Shown one piece after another: positions 27,187 through 39,344 of a DNA stretch of 64,000 bases. Each line of letters opens with the position of its first letter. Position 1 is the stretch's first letter. The notes below the pieces were generated by a model that ran no database searches, had not been told where the DNA came from, and saw only the letters and a program-made list of their open reading frames with translations. The stretch covers positions 62,001 through 126,000 of the forward strand of contig JBEUKZ010000058.1 of the NCBI GenBank assembly GCA_048128005.1, given 5' to 3'. The stretch comes from Veleropilina oligotropha. Taxonomy: Eukaryota. Position numbers and translations under genes: made by a program.

Positions 27187-27957
27187 TGTTTTAACTAATA
27201 TTAGGTTTAAATTAAAACCTCATTTTTGTTTCGCCCAGAAGGAAAGCGTGACTAAGGGATTGCTTTTTCCGGCGGCGTCGTCGTGTCATCTTGGTTAAAG
27301 TTTTTCATCGAGTGTATTTCGCTTGCTCAATGCACTTTTTGGCATATATGCTTTATTATTGGTTTTATGGATGACACCTGATACTCTGACAGTGATATTG
27401 AATAAATTTTAATATAATTAATGGGAATATAGTGGGTTAAAGATTTTCATCAAGTGTATATGGCTTGCTCAAAGCACTTTTTGGCATATATATGCTTTGT
27501 TATTAGGCCCCGCAGGGAGGCCTATAGTGATCACCTTTTCCGTCCGTCCGTGCATCCGTCCTTCCGTCCGTCCGACCTGCACATTCTTTCATTTGCTCAA
27601 TCTTAAGGTTAAGGTCCCAGGTTAAAGTTTCTTTTGCGCAATCTGCTGATGTGGCAAAGTATAAATAATAGACAATAAATAAATAAAGAAGAGTAGGTAC
27701 TCAACTACTATTAATAGGCTTTACTTAATGGAATTTGATTCAAATTACCTTGGTTAAGGTTCCATTGGGATTAATTATGATTTTTAAATATAAACAACTT
27801 TATTGAATGTCGACCACTTGTTTAATTATTATTTTTAAATATAAACATAACTTTGGTGAAAGTCGATCACTTGTCTCTCTGTCAGACTTGCTCTAGGCTT
27901 GTAGTGTATGCTACAGGCACAGTAAGCAGTGAGACTTAAGGTGATAGTTTATGAGGT

Positions 27958-28338
27958 TAAGTATAGGTTAGATGGCGGATTGGAGAGTCTTAGCAAAATA
28001 GGAGTCGAGCCCGTAGGGCGAGACTACTTTTTGATAAGAGTCTACAAGCTGCCGTCTAACCGACTTAGAAGCTAATTTCATTTCTCCACACAAATTATTT
28101 ATAATTATCTAATTTGTTAAACTATTTATGTTATCGAAACACATATTTATTACAAAATAATTAGCTTTTTTTACCAATATATCAAGAAGATCCATATTAA
28201 CATTACAACCTGTCACCCCTATTCTTAATAATGGGTAAGGCATCGCAAACAATAGACCTGCAAAGTGCCGTCTTCAGCAATAATTGACGAGAAATATTGC
28301 TCTCTCATTGGCCGAGAAATGAAATTGGCTTCTAAATA
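27958..28338 (+). mobile_element. Hairpin/ICR mini-element A (possibly non-autonomous Crypton-like)
   Basis: Absent from array units 2-4; 5' hairpin 27958-28067; inner IR 28065-28086 pairs with terminal 28314-28335. Confidence 0.85.
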
Positions 28339-29335
28339 CTTGTATATAGCTTCCCTGTTCGGAATATCCAACAGCTTCTTTGATCATGCTATGATGCCGA
28401 TCAAGAGTAAAATATCCCATGGTCAGTGAATGTCCCAGGTTAATGTGCCATATGCTCAATCTTAAGGTTAAGATCACAGTAGAGTTTCATTTGCCCAATC
28501 TTCTGATAAGATCCCAGGTTAAAGATTCATTTGCCCAATCTTCAGGTTAAGGTCCCAGGTCAAAGTTTCTACTTGTTTGATTTCTGAAGTTTTGCGTTTG
28601 GCTCTGTTTCTCAAAAGTATAAGATCTAGATCAAAATAACTATAGATGCTTCAAGGGTACTGACTAAATGAATGCTTCGGATGCTGTATATTAGTATATA
28701 ACATATATTATATGGTACAATGACTTTGTCATCATAGTAATCATTAAATCTGTGTTAAGATTTTGCTTTGTTTCCATATATCTTTTCACTCGAGCATCAG
28801 TTCAACTTCAAACTTCACATGTGCAAACCTTATGAGCTGAAAAAAGTGCATACATATTTTTTTTAAATAATAATAAATTAAAAAAATTAAAAAAAAAAAT
28901 CCTTTTTATATATCAAAAAGGTTCATGAATGATTTTCATCATGTCTGTAGCAGTTATTCTGAAAAAATTAATTATGCCTTAAAGTATTTAGGATAGAAAT
29001 AATGGTAATTTTTGAAGAGTTATTAAATGTATTTTGTTTATTTATCTAAATGTTATGTGTGTATGATGAAAGGGACATGTGCTTATCTGTAAGACTTGCT
29101 CACTGCCAATAGGCAAAGTAAGCTGTTAAGCTTAATGGTCACTCTGTGAAGCCGAGATTATCAAAATCTGATGTATTTTGAAAACTGCATGGCTTCGCCC
29201 TTGGTTTATTCCATGGGTATCTTGATTTGGCAGTATATATGGCCATTAAAAGATCAGAATGTATACAGTGTCTATTATCATTCTCCTCAATTGATCAAGG
29301 TTAGCTTAATGCATCCCGAACAATAGTTTGGAATA

Positions 29336-31465
29336 CACTGTAGCCTCGGTATAACGCGCCTCGATATACCGCGATATCGGTTATAACGCGAGGCAGATCA
29401 TGGCTCCCAAAATTTTATACCATATATACCTACTTTCTATAAAATAAGTCGGTTTCATGATAATTTTAGCAAATTAAGGAACCATTTTACAAATTGCAAA
29501 ACGAAATCGATACTTTTATTAAAATTAAAATCTACCTTGATTCATCTTGATTGTAAATGATTCTTTTAAGTTTATTCATACATCATTGTCTTGTTAACTT
29601 AATCCCTTTACACACGGAAACAATGGAAAGTAAGTTTGTTGACTCTGAAACATGGCCGACGGCTTGGGTCTACGGTCGCTTAGGACAATGACAAATTTAC
29701 TTGCTACACTTGTTGTTTTGTAAACAAATATGAAATAAACATTGATGTTTTAAGCGTTGTATGATCAAGTTTCTTTTATGGATATGATTTACGATTAGTA
29801 AATCAAATGAATGAATGATATCACGTGATTGAAAATTTCGCTTAGAACAAAGACAAACTGTTAACGATTAGTAAATCACATTACTGAATGATATCACGTG
29901 ATAGAAAATTTATTGTATTCCCGTTGTAAATGACATCTACATGTATATTAATTACAAATATCATTACATTCTTTTAATTTCGCTTATTTTTTAAATGCAA
30001 TGCCCTCCGCATTTTACATATTTGTCGGCAGCTCATTTATAACGCAACGACCTCTGAACTCCATGGATAAACAAAACAACACCCCAAAGATTTCACACGC
30101 ACCACGTGATATTCCTAGTCACAGAAGAGCGAGCGGCTATTGATCAGTGCAAAACAAAAGAAACGATTAAATGCACTTGCAGCTTAATTGGGTTACTATG
30201 AACATGAACTACATTTCACCACCGTATAATACGCTATGAACATAACAGACAACAAAGCTTTTATTGCAGATTTAAATTAAAACACATGTTGAAACAATCG
30301 GAGTTACATTTATAAAATTTCCCCGTCAGACAGGTAAATATATATAAACTATATATATATAGAGGATCTCATATGAGTGGTAATGTAATATCACATTTAT
30401 GAAACGAGTTTAACTAATTTTCATATTTTCCGAGGCTTGCCGAGGAAAATATGAAAATTAGTTAAACGAGTTTCATAAATGTGATATTACATTACCACGA
30501 GTGTGAGGTTCTGTTTATCACATATTTATCACAAACTACAAACTCACGAAATTGCCTCACCGGTACGAAGAATCAGCAGTAGATTGAAAGCGACATTACG
30601 GCGTAGTGATATGTAAACAGTTTAATGCAAAAAGGACATCGTGTTTACTCATTACATAAATTAGTAACGTTAATGCCATCTAAAAAGAGTGCGAAAGTAG
30701 TTAATTAAGTTAACTAATAAATATTCTTTGAAAATGAACCGATATAACTTTATTTAAACTATATGAACATATTAGAATAACAATTTTCATTAGGATTTAA
30801 AACTATCTGCCCAAAACAGTAACGCGGGATATATGTGTCGCTGACCGGTTTGAATCTGTCATTGACGTCTGCTATCGCGGAGAAGCTATGTATACGTACC
30901 TCGGGTCCTGCATATATGTGATTGTCGCGTCTGCAATCTCGTTACCTCAAAATCAGTTCCAATAATCTCTAACATGTTGTTGTTTTGTGGCCGTTGCTAT
31001 AAATGTTTCCACTATCGCCGCCATAATGTCAACATTACAAATATTGGCGGCAATCTCATTATGACATTATAGTAAACAAAACGTAGTAAAAACAAGAAGT
31101 GCGCTCGACCTTTAGTGACACGCATTTCTATTGGCTGTTCTAATTTCATTCATTAATTCATCCAATCGCATTTCAATATGGCTTAAACACACGTGTATTA
31201 CGACGAATAATACACGGTGTTGCACTATGGGAGAATGACCTAGATATGTGATAAATATATATATAACATTTCAAAATAGCTATAATAAATGTTATATTTC
31301 CTGCATTCATCATTTTATTTATTTTCCTCTCATATACACATTACAATGACATTAGCATATTCATGACAGCTTTTCAATAGACAATATTCGTATACCACGG
31401 ATCGGTTATAACGCGGTGCGTGTCCACTTGGACCCCAATACCCGCGTTATACCGAGGCTACAGTG
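29336..31465. mobile_element. Tc1/pogo-like MITE copy 1 (with nested mini-element B)
   Basis: 23-bp TIR cactgtagcctcggtataacgcg, TA TSD. Confidence 0.92.
30356..31257 (+). mobile_element. Hairpin/ICR mini-element B inserted in a (TA)n tract
   Basis: Absent from MITE copies 2 and 3; hairpin 30363-30512; inner tttatcacatat (30514) pairs with terminal atatgtgataaa (31244). Confidence 0.85.
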
Positions 31466-32372
31466 TACTGTAGTCGATTCATCGTTTAGTCATTTAGATT
31501 TCTTGTGCGCACAGTACAGTCAACAGTTCTGAACAGATTTCATTCAAATTTGATATGCGCATTTATGAAGTTTGATGAGGAAACGATGCTGAGTGTTTAC
31601 ATAAAGTTTCTTTGATCAATGATGTTTGTCGCTTTCCTCTTTTCACAATTTTTATCGTGTTGGTGATCGCTAAAGCGGGGCCTCTGTGATGGTGTTCCAT
31701 CACTTTTTATCTAGTTATTTTTAAATATAAACATAACTTTGGTGAAAGTCGATCACTTGTCTCTCTGTCAGACTTGCTCTAGGCTTGTAGTGTATGCTAC
31801 AGGCACAGTAAGCAGTGAGACTTAAGGTGATAGTTTATGAGGTTATATACTTGTATATAGCTTCCCTGTTCGGAATATCCAACAGCTTCTTTGATCATGC
31901 TATGATGTCGATCAAGAGTAAACTATCCCATGATCAGTGAATGTCCCAGGTTAATATTTCATATGCTCAATCTTAAGGTTAAGATCACAGTAGAGTTTCC
32001 TTTGCCCAATCTTCTGATAAGATCCCAGGTTAAAGATTCATTTGCCCAATCTTCAGGTTAAGGTCCCAGGTCAAAGTTTCTACTTGTTTGATTTCTGAAG
32101 TTTTGCGTTTGGCTCTGTTTCTCAAAAGTATAAGATCTAGATCAAAATAACTATAGATGCTTCAAGGGTACTGATGCTAAATGAATGCTTCGGATGCTGT
32201 ATATTAGTATATAACATATATTATATGGTACAATGACTTTGTCATCATAGTAATCATTAAATCTGTGTTAAGATTTTGCTTTGTTTCCATATATCTTTTC
32301 ACTCGAGCATCAGTTCAACTTCAAACTTCACATGTGCAAACCTTATGAGCTGAAAAAAGTGCATACATATTT

Positions 32373-33676
32373 TTGTCTCGCCCCGAAGGGAAAGCGAGAC
32401 TTAGGGATTACATTTTCCGGCGTCGTCGTCGGCGGCGTCGTCGTCGTCGTCGTCGTCGTCTGCGTCGTCGGCGTCGTGTAATTTTGGGTTAAAGTTTTTC
32501 ATTGCATGTGTATGGGTTGCTAAAGGCACTTCTATGCATACATATGCATTGGTACTGGTTATATGGACAACACCTGATACTCTGGAACTGTTATTGAATG
32601 GAATTTTATATAAATAATGCATGAAATTGGTGTTTTTGGACATAGAAATTTTGGTTAAAGTTTTCGGTTAAAGTTTTTCATCAAGTGTATATGGCTTGCT
32701 CAAGGCACTTTTTGGCATATATATGCTTTGTTATTGGTTGTATGGATGTCACCTGATACTCTGGCAGTGATATTGAATAAATTTTAATATAATTAATGGA
32801 AATATAGTGGTCTTTTGGGACATAGAAAGTTAAGCAAATTTTAGGTTAAAGTTTTCGGTTAAAGTTTTTCATCAAGTGTATATGGCTTGCTCAAGGCACT
32901 TTTTGGCATACATAAGCTTTGTTATTGGTTGTATGGATGTCACCTGATACTCTGGCAGTGATATTGAATAAATTTTAATATAATTAATGGAAATATAGTG
33001 GTCTTTTGGGACATAGAAATTTAAGCAAATTTTAGGTTAAAGTTTTCGGTTAAAGTTTTTCATCAAGTGTATATGGCTTGCTCAAGGCACTTTTTGGCAT
33101 ATATAAGCTTTGTTATTGGTTGTATGGATGTCACCTGATACTCTGGCAGTGATATTGAATAAATTTTAATATAATTAATGGAAATATAGTGGTCTTTTGG
33201 GACATAGAAATTTAAGCAAATTTTAGGTTAAAGTTTTCGGTTAAAGTTTTTCATCAAGTGTATATGGCTTGCTCAAGGCACTTTTTGGCATATATATGCT
33301 TTGTTATTGGTTGTATGGATGTCACCTGATACTCTGGTAGTAATATGGAATAAATTTTATTATAATTAATGGAAATATGGTGTTCTTTTGGGACATAGAA
33401 ATTTAGGTGAACTTTAGGTTAAAGTTTTCGGTTAAAGTTTTTCATCAAGTGTATATATATGGCTTGCTCAAGGCACTTTTTGGCACATATATGCTTTGTT
33501 ATTGGTTGTATGGATGTCACCTGATACTCTGCCAGTAACATGGAATAACATGGACGTCGGCGTCGTGTCATTTTCGGTTAAAGTTTTTTCAGTTAAAGTT
33601 TTTCATTGAATGGAATTTTCTGATACATTGATATATATATATTTAAAGGGCGAGACATATCGGACCGTGGTTCTTG
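32373..33676 (+). mobile_element. Complete HINE with (GTC)n microsatellite and ~187-bp internal repeats
   Basis: Inserted in a T-run with no discernible TSD (empty site in units 1, 3, 4); subTIR tgtctcgccc / gggcgagaca; ends cttg. Confidence 0.88.
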
Positions 33677-34153
33677 TTTTTAAATAATAATAAATTAAAA
33701 AAATAAAAATAAAAAATTCTTTTTTATATATCAAAAAGGTTCATGAATGATTTTCATCATGTCTGTAGCAGTTATTCTGAAAAAATTAATTATGCCTTAA
33801 AGTATTTAGGATAGAAATAATGGTAATTTTTGAAGAGTTATTAAATGTATTTTGTTTATTTATCTAAATGTTATGTGTGTATGATGAAAGGGACATGTGC
33901 TTATCTGTAAGACTTGCTCACTGCCAATAGGCAAAGTAAGCTGTTAAGCTTAATGGTCACTCTGTGAAGCCGAGATTATCAAAATCTGATGTATTTTGAA
34001 AACTGCATGGCTTCGCCCTTGGTTTATTCCATGGGTATCTTGATTTGGCAGTATATATGGCCATTAAAAGATCAGAATGTATACAGTGTCTATTATCATT
34101 CTCCTCAATTGATCAAGGTTAGCTTAATGCATCCCGAACAATAGTTAGGAATA

Positions 34154-35365
34154 CACTGTAGCCTCGGTATAACGCGCCTCGATATACCGCGATATCGGTT
34201 ATAACGTGAGGCAGATCATGGCTCCCAAAATTTTATACCATATATACCTACTTTCTATAAAATGAGTCGGTTTCATGATAATTTTAGCAAATTAAGGAAC
34301 CATTTTACAAATTGCAAAACGAAATCGATACTTTTATTAAAATTAAAATCTACCTTGATTCATCTTGATTGTAAATGATTCTTTTAAGTTTATTCATACA
34401 TCATTGTCTTGTTAACTTAATCCCTTTACACACGGAAACAATGGAAAGTAAGTTTGTTGACTCTGAAACATGGCCGACAGCTTGGGTCTACGGTCGCTTA
34501 GGACAATGACAAATTTACTTGCTAATAAATATTTTATTACACTTGTTGTTTTGTAAACAAATATGAAATAAACATTGATGTTTTAAGCGTTGTATGATCA
34601 AGTTTCTTTTATGGATATGATTTACGATTAGTAAATCAAATGAATGAATGATATCACGTGATTGAAAATTTCGCTTAGAACAAAGACAAACTGTTAACGA
34701 TTAGTAAATCACATTACTGAATGATATCACGTGACATCTACATGTATATTAATTACAAATATCATTACATTATTTTAATTTCGCTTATTTTTTAAATGCA
34801 ATGCCCTCCGCATTTTACATATTTGTCGGCAGCTCATTTATAACGCAACGACCTCTGAACTCCATGGATAAACAAAACAACACCCCAAAGATTTCACACG
34901 CACCACGTGATATTCCTAGTCACAGAAGAGCGAGCGGCTATTGATCAGTGCAAAACAAAAGAAACGATTAAATGCACTTGCAGCTTAATTGGGTTACTAT
35001 GAACATGAACTACATTTCACCACCGTATAATACGCTATGAACATAACAGACAACAAAGCTTTTATTGCAGATTTAAATTAAAACACATGTTGAAACAATC
35101 GGAGTTACATTTATAAAATTTCCCCGTCAGACAGGTAAATATATATAAACTATATATATATATATATATATATAACATTTCAAAATAGCTATAATAAATG
35201 TTATATTTCCTGCATTCATCATTTTATTTATTTTCCTCTCATATACACATTACAATGACATTAGCATATTCATGACAGCTTTTCAATAGACAATATTCGT
35301 ATACCGCGGATCGGTTATAACGCGGTGCGTGTCCACTTGGACCGCGTTATACCGAGGCTACAGTG
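34154..35365. mobile_element. Tc1/pogo-like MITE copy 2
   Basis: Same TIR and TA TSD, 1212 bp. Confidence 0.92.
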
Positions 35366-36744
35366 TACTGTAGTCGATTCATCGTTTAGTCATTTAGATT
35401 TCTTGTGCGCACAGTACAGTCAACAGTTCTGAACAGATTTCATTCAAATTTGATATGCGCATTTATGAAGTTTGATGAGGAAACGATGCTGAGTGTTTAC
35501 ATAAAGTTTCTTTGATCAATGATGTTTGTCGCTTTTTTTCACAATTTTTATCGTGTTGGTGATCGCTAAAGCGGGGCCTCTGTGATGGTGTTCCATCACT
35601 TTTTATCTAGTTATTTTTAAATATAAACATAACTTTGGTGAAAGTCATCACTTGTCTCTCTGTCAGACTTGCTCTAGGCTTGTAGTGTATGCTACAGGCA
35701 CAGTAAGCAGTGAGACTTAAGGTGATAGTTTATGAGGTTATATACTTGTATATAGCTTCCCTGTTCGGAATATCCAACAGCTTCTTTGATCATGCTATGA
35801 TGTCGATCAAGAGGAAACTATCCCATGATCAGTGAATGTCCCAGGTTAATGTTTCATATGCTCAATCTTAAGGTTAAGATCACAGTAGAGTTTCCTTTGC
35901 CCAATCTTCTGATAAGATCCCAGGTTAAAGATTCATTTGCCCAATCTTCAGGTTAAGGTCCCAGGTCAAAGTTTCTACTTGTTTGATTTCTGAAGTTTTG
36001 CGTTTGGCTCTGTTTCTCAAAAGTATAAGATCTAGATCAAAATAACTATAGATGCTTCAAGGGTACTGATGCTAAATGAATGCTTCGGATGCTGTATATT
36101 AGTATATAACATATATTATATGGTACAATGACTTTGTCATCATAGTAATCATTAAATCTGTGTTAAGATTTTGCTTTGTTTCCATATATCTTTTCACTCG
36201 AGCATCAGTTCAACTTCAAACTTCACATGTGCAAACCTTATGAGCTGAAAAAAGTGCATACATATTTTTTTTAAATAATAATAAATTAAAAAAATTAAAA
36301 AAAAAAATTCTTTTTTATATATCAAAAAGGTTCATGAATGATTTTCATCATGTCTGTAGCAGTTATTCTGAAAAAATTAATTATGCCTTAAAGTATTTAG
36401 GATAGAAATAATGGTAATTTTTGAAGAGTTATTAAATTTATTTTGTTTATTTATCTAAATGTTATGTGTGTATGATGAAAGGGACATGTGCTTATCTGTA
36501 AGACTTGCTCACTGCCAATTGGCAAAGTAAGCTGTTAAGCTTAATGGTCACTCTGTGAAGCCGAGATTATCAAAATCTGATGTATTTTGAAAACTGCATG
36601 GCTTCGCCCTTGGTTTATTCCATGGGTATCTTGATTTGGCAGTATATATGGCCATTAAAAGATCAGAATGTATACAGTGTCTATTATCATTCTCCTCAAT
36701 TGATCAAGGTTAGCTTAATGCATCCCGAACAATAGTTCGGAATA

Positions 36745-37954
36745 CACTGTAGCCTCGGTATAACGCGCCTCGATATACCGCGATATCGGTTATAACGTGA
36801 GGCAGATCATGGCTCCCAAAATTTTATACCATATATACCTACTTTCTATAAAATGAGTCGGTTTCATGATAATTTTAGCAAATTAAGGAACCATTTTACA
36901 AATTGCAAAACGAAATCGATACTTTTATTAAAATTAAAATCTACCTTGATTCATCTTGATTGTAAATGATTCTTTTAAGTTTATTCATACATCATTGTCT
37001 TGTTAACTTAATCCCTTTACACACGGAAACAATGGAAAGTAAGTTTGTTGACTCTGAAACATGGCCGACGGCTTGGGTCTACGGTCGCTTAGGACAATGA
37101 CAAATTTACTTGCTAATAAATATTTTATTACACTTGTTGTTTTGTAAACAAATATGAAATAAACATTGATGTTTTAAGCGTTGTATGATCAAGTTTCTTT
37201 TATGGATATGATTTACGATTAGTAAATCAAATGAATGAATGATATCACGTGATTGAAAATTTCGCTTAGAACAAAGACAAACTGTTAACGATTAGTAAAT
37301 CACATTACTGAATGATATCACGTGACATCTACATGTATATTAATTACAAATATCATTACATTATTTTAATTTCGCTTATTTTTTAAATGCAATGCCCTCC
37401 GCATTTTACATATTTGTCGGCAGCTCATTTATAACGCAACGACCTCTGAACTCCATGGATAAACAAAACAACACCCCAAAGATTTCACACGCACCACGTG
37501 ATATTCCTAGTCACAGAAGAGCGAGCGGCTATTGATAAGTGCAAAACAAAAGAAACGATTAAATGCACTTGCAGCTTAATTGGGTTACTATGAACATGAA
37601 CTACATTTCACCACCGTATAATACGCTATGAACATAACAGACAACAAAGCTTTTATTGCAGATTTAAATTAAAACACATGTTGAAACAATCGGAGTTACA
37701 TTTATAAAATTTCCCCGTCAGACAGGTAAATATATATAAACTATATATATATATATATATATAACATTTCAAAGTAGCTATAATAAATGTTATATTTCCT
37801 GCATTCATCATTTTATTTATTTTCCTCTCATATACACATTACAATGACATTAGCATATTCATGACAGCTTTTCAATAGACAATATTCGTATACCGCGGAT
37901 CGGTTATAACGCGGTGCGTGTCCACTTGGACCGCGTTATACCGAGGCTACAGTG
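36745..37954. mobile_element. Tc1/pogo-like MITE copy 3
   Basis: Same TIR and TA TSD, 1210 bp. Confidence 0.92.
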
Positions 37955-39336
37955 TACTGTAGTCGATTCATCGTTTAGTCATTTAGATTTCTTGTGCGCA
38001 CAGTACAGTCAACAGTTCTGAACAGATTTTATTCAAATTTGATATGCGCATTTATGAAGTTTGATGAGGAAACGATGCTGAGTGTTTACATAAAGTTTCT
38101 TTGATCAATGATGTTTGTCGCTTTCCTCTTTTCACAATTTTTATCGTGTTGGTGATCGCTAAAGCGGGGCCTCTGTGATGGTGTTCCATCACTTTTTATC
38201 TAGTTATTTTTAAATATAAACATAACTTTGGTGAAAGTCGATCACTTGTCTCTCTGTCAGACTTGCTCTAGGCTTGTAGTGTATGCTACAGGCACAGTAA
38301 GCAGTGAGACTTAAGGTGATAGTTTATGAGGTTATATACTTGTATATAGCTTCCCTGTTCGGAATATCCAACAGCTTCTTTGATCATGCTATGATGTCGA
38401 TCAAGAGTAAACTATCCCATGATCAGTGAATGTCCCAGGTTAATGTTTCATATGCTCAATCTTAAGGTTAAGATCACAGTAGAGTTTCCTTTGCCCAATC
38501 TTCTGATAAGATCCCAGGTTAAAGATTCATTTGCCCAATCTTCAGGTTAAGGTCCCAGGTCAAAGTTTCTACTTGTTTGATTTCTGAAGTTTTGCGTTTG
38601 GCTCTGTTTCTCAAAAGTATAAGATCTAGATCAAAATAACTATAGATGCTTCAAGGGTACTGATGCTAAATGAATGCTTCTGATGCTGTATATTAGTATA
38701 TAACATATATTATATGGTACAATGACTTTGTCATCATAGTAATCATTAAATCTGTGTTAAGATTTTGCTTTGTTTCCATATATCTTTTCACTCGAGCATC
38801 AGTTCAACTTCAAACTTCACATGTGCAAACCTTATGAGCTGAAAAAAGTGCATACATATTTTTTTTAAATAATAATAAATTAAAAAAATTAAAAAAAAAA
38901 ATTCTTTTTTATATATCAAAAAGGTTCATGAATGATTTTCATCATGTCTGTAGCAGTTATTCTGAAAAAATTAATTATGCCTTAAAGTATTTAGGATAGA
39001 AATAATGGTAATTTTTGAAGAGTTATTAAATTTATTTTGTTTATTTATCTAAATGTTATGTGTGTATGATGAAAGGGACATGTGCTTATCTGTAAGACTT
39101 GCTCACTGCCAATAGGCAAAGTAAGCTGTTAAGCTTAATGGTCACTCTGTGAAGCCGAGATTATCAAAATCTGATGTATTTTGAAAACTGCATGGCTTCG
39201 CCCTTGGTTTATTCCATGGGTATCTTGATTTGGCAGTATATATGGCAATTAAAAGATCAGAATGTATACAGTGTCTATTATCATTCTCCTCAATTGATCA
39301 AGGTTAGCTTAATGCATCCCGAACAATAGTTCGGAA

Positions 39337-39344
39337 TACATGTA
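39337..39344. other. MITE excision footprint TACATGTA
   Basis: Occupies the exact MITE position in array unit 4: TA+CA+TG+TA. Confidence 0.85.

Larger units (their letters stand above)
19859..27225 (+). mobile_element. DIRS1-type tyrosine-recombinase retrotransposon, copy 1 (coding region decayed)
   Basis: ITRs 19875-20076 and 26984-27186, ICR 26836-26925, fragmented gag/RT(YLDD)/RNase H/MT/YR homologous to copy 2. Confidence 0.95.
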
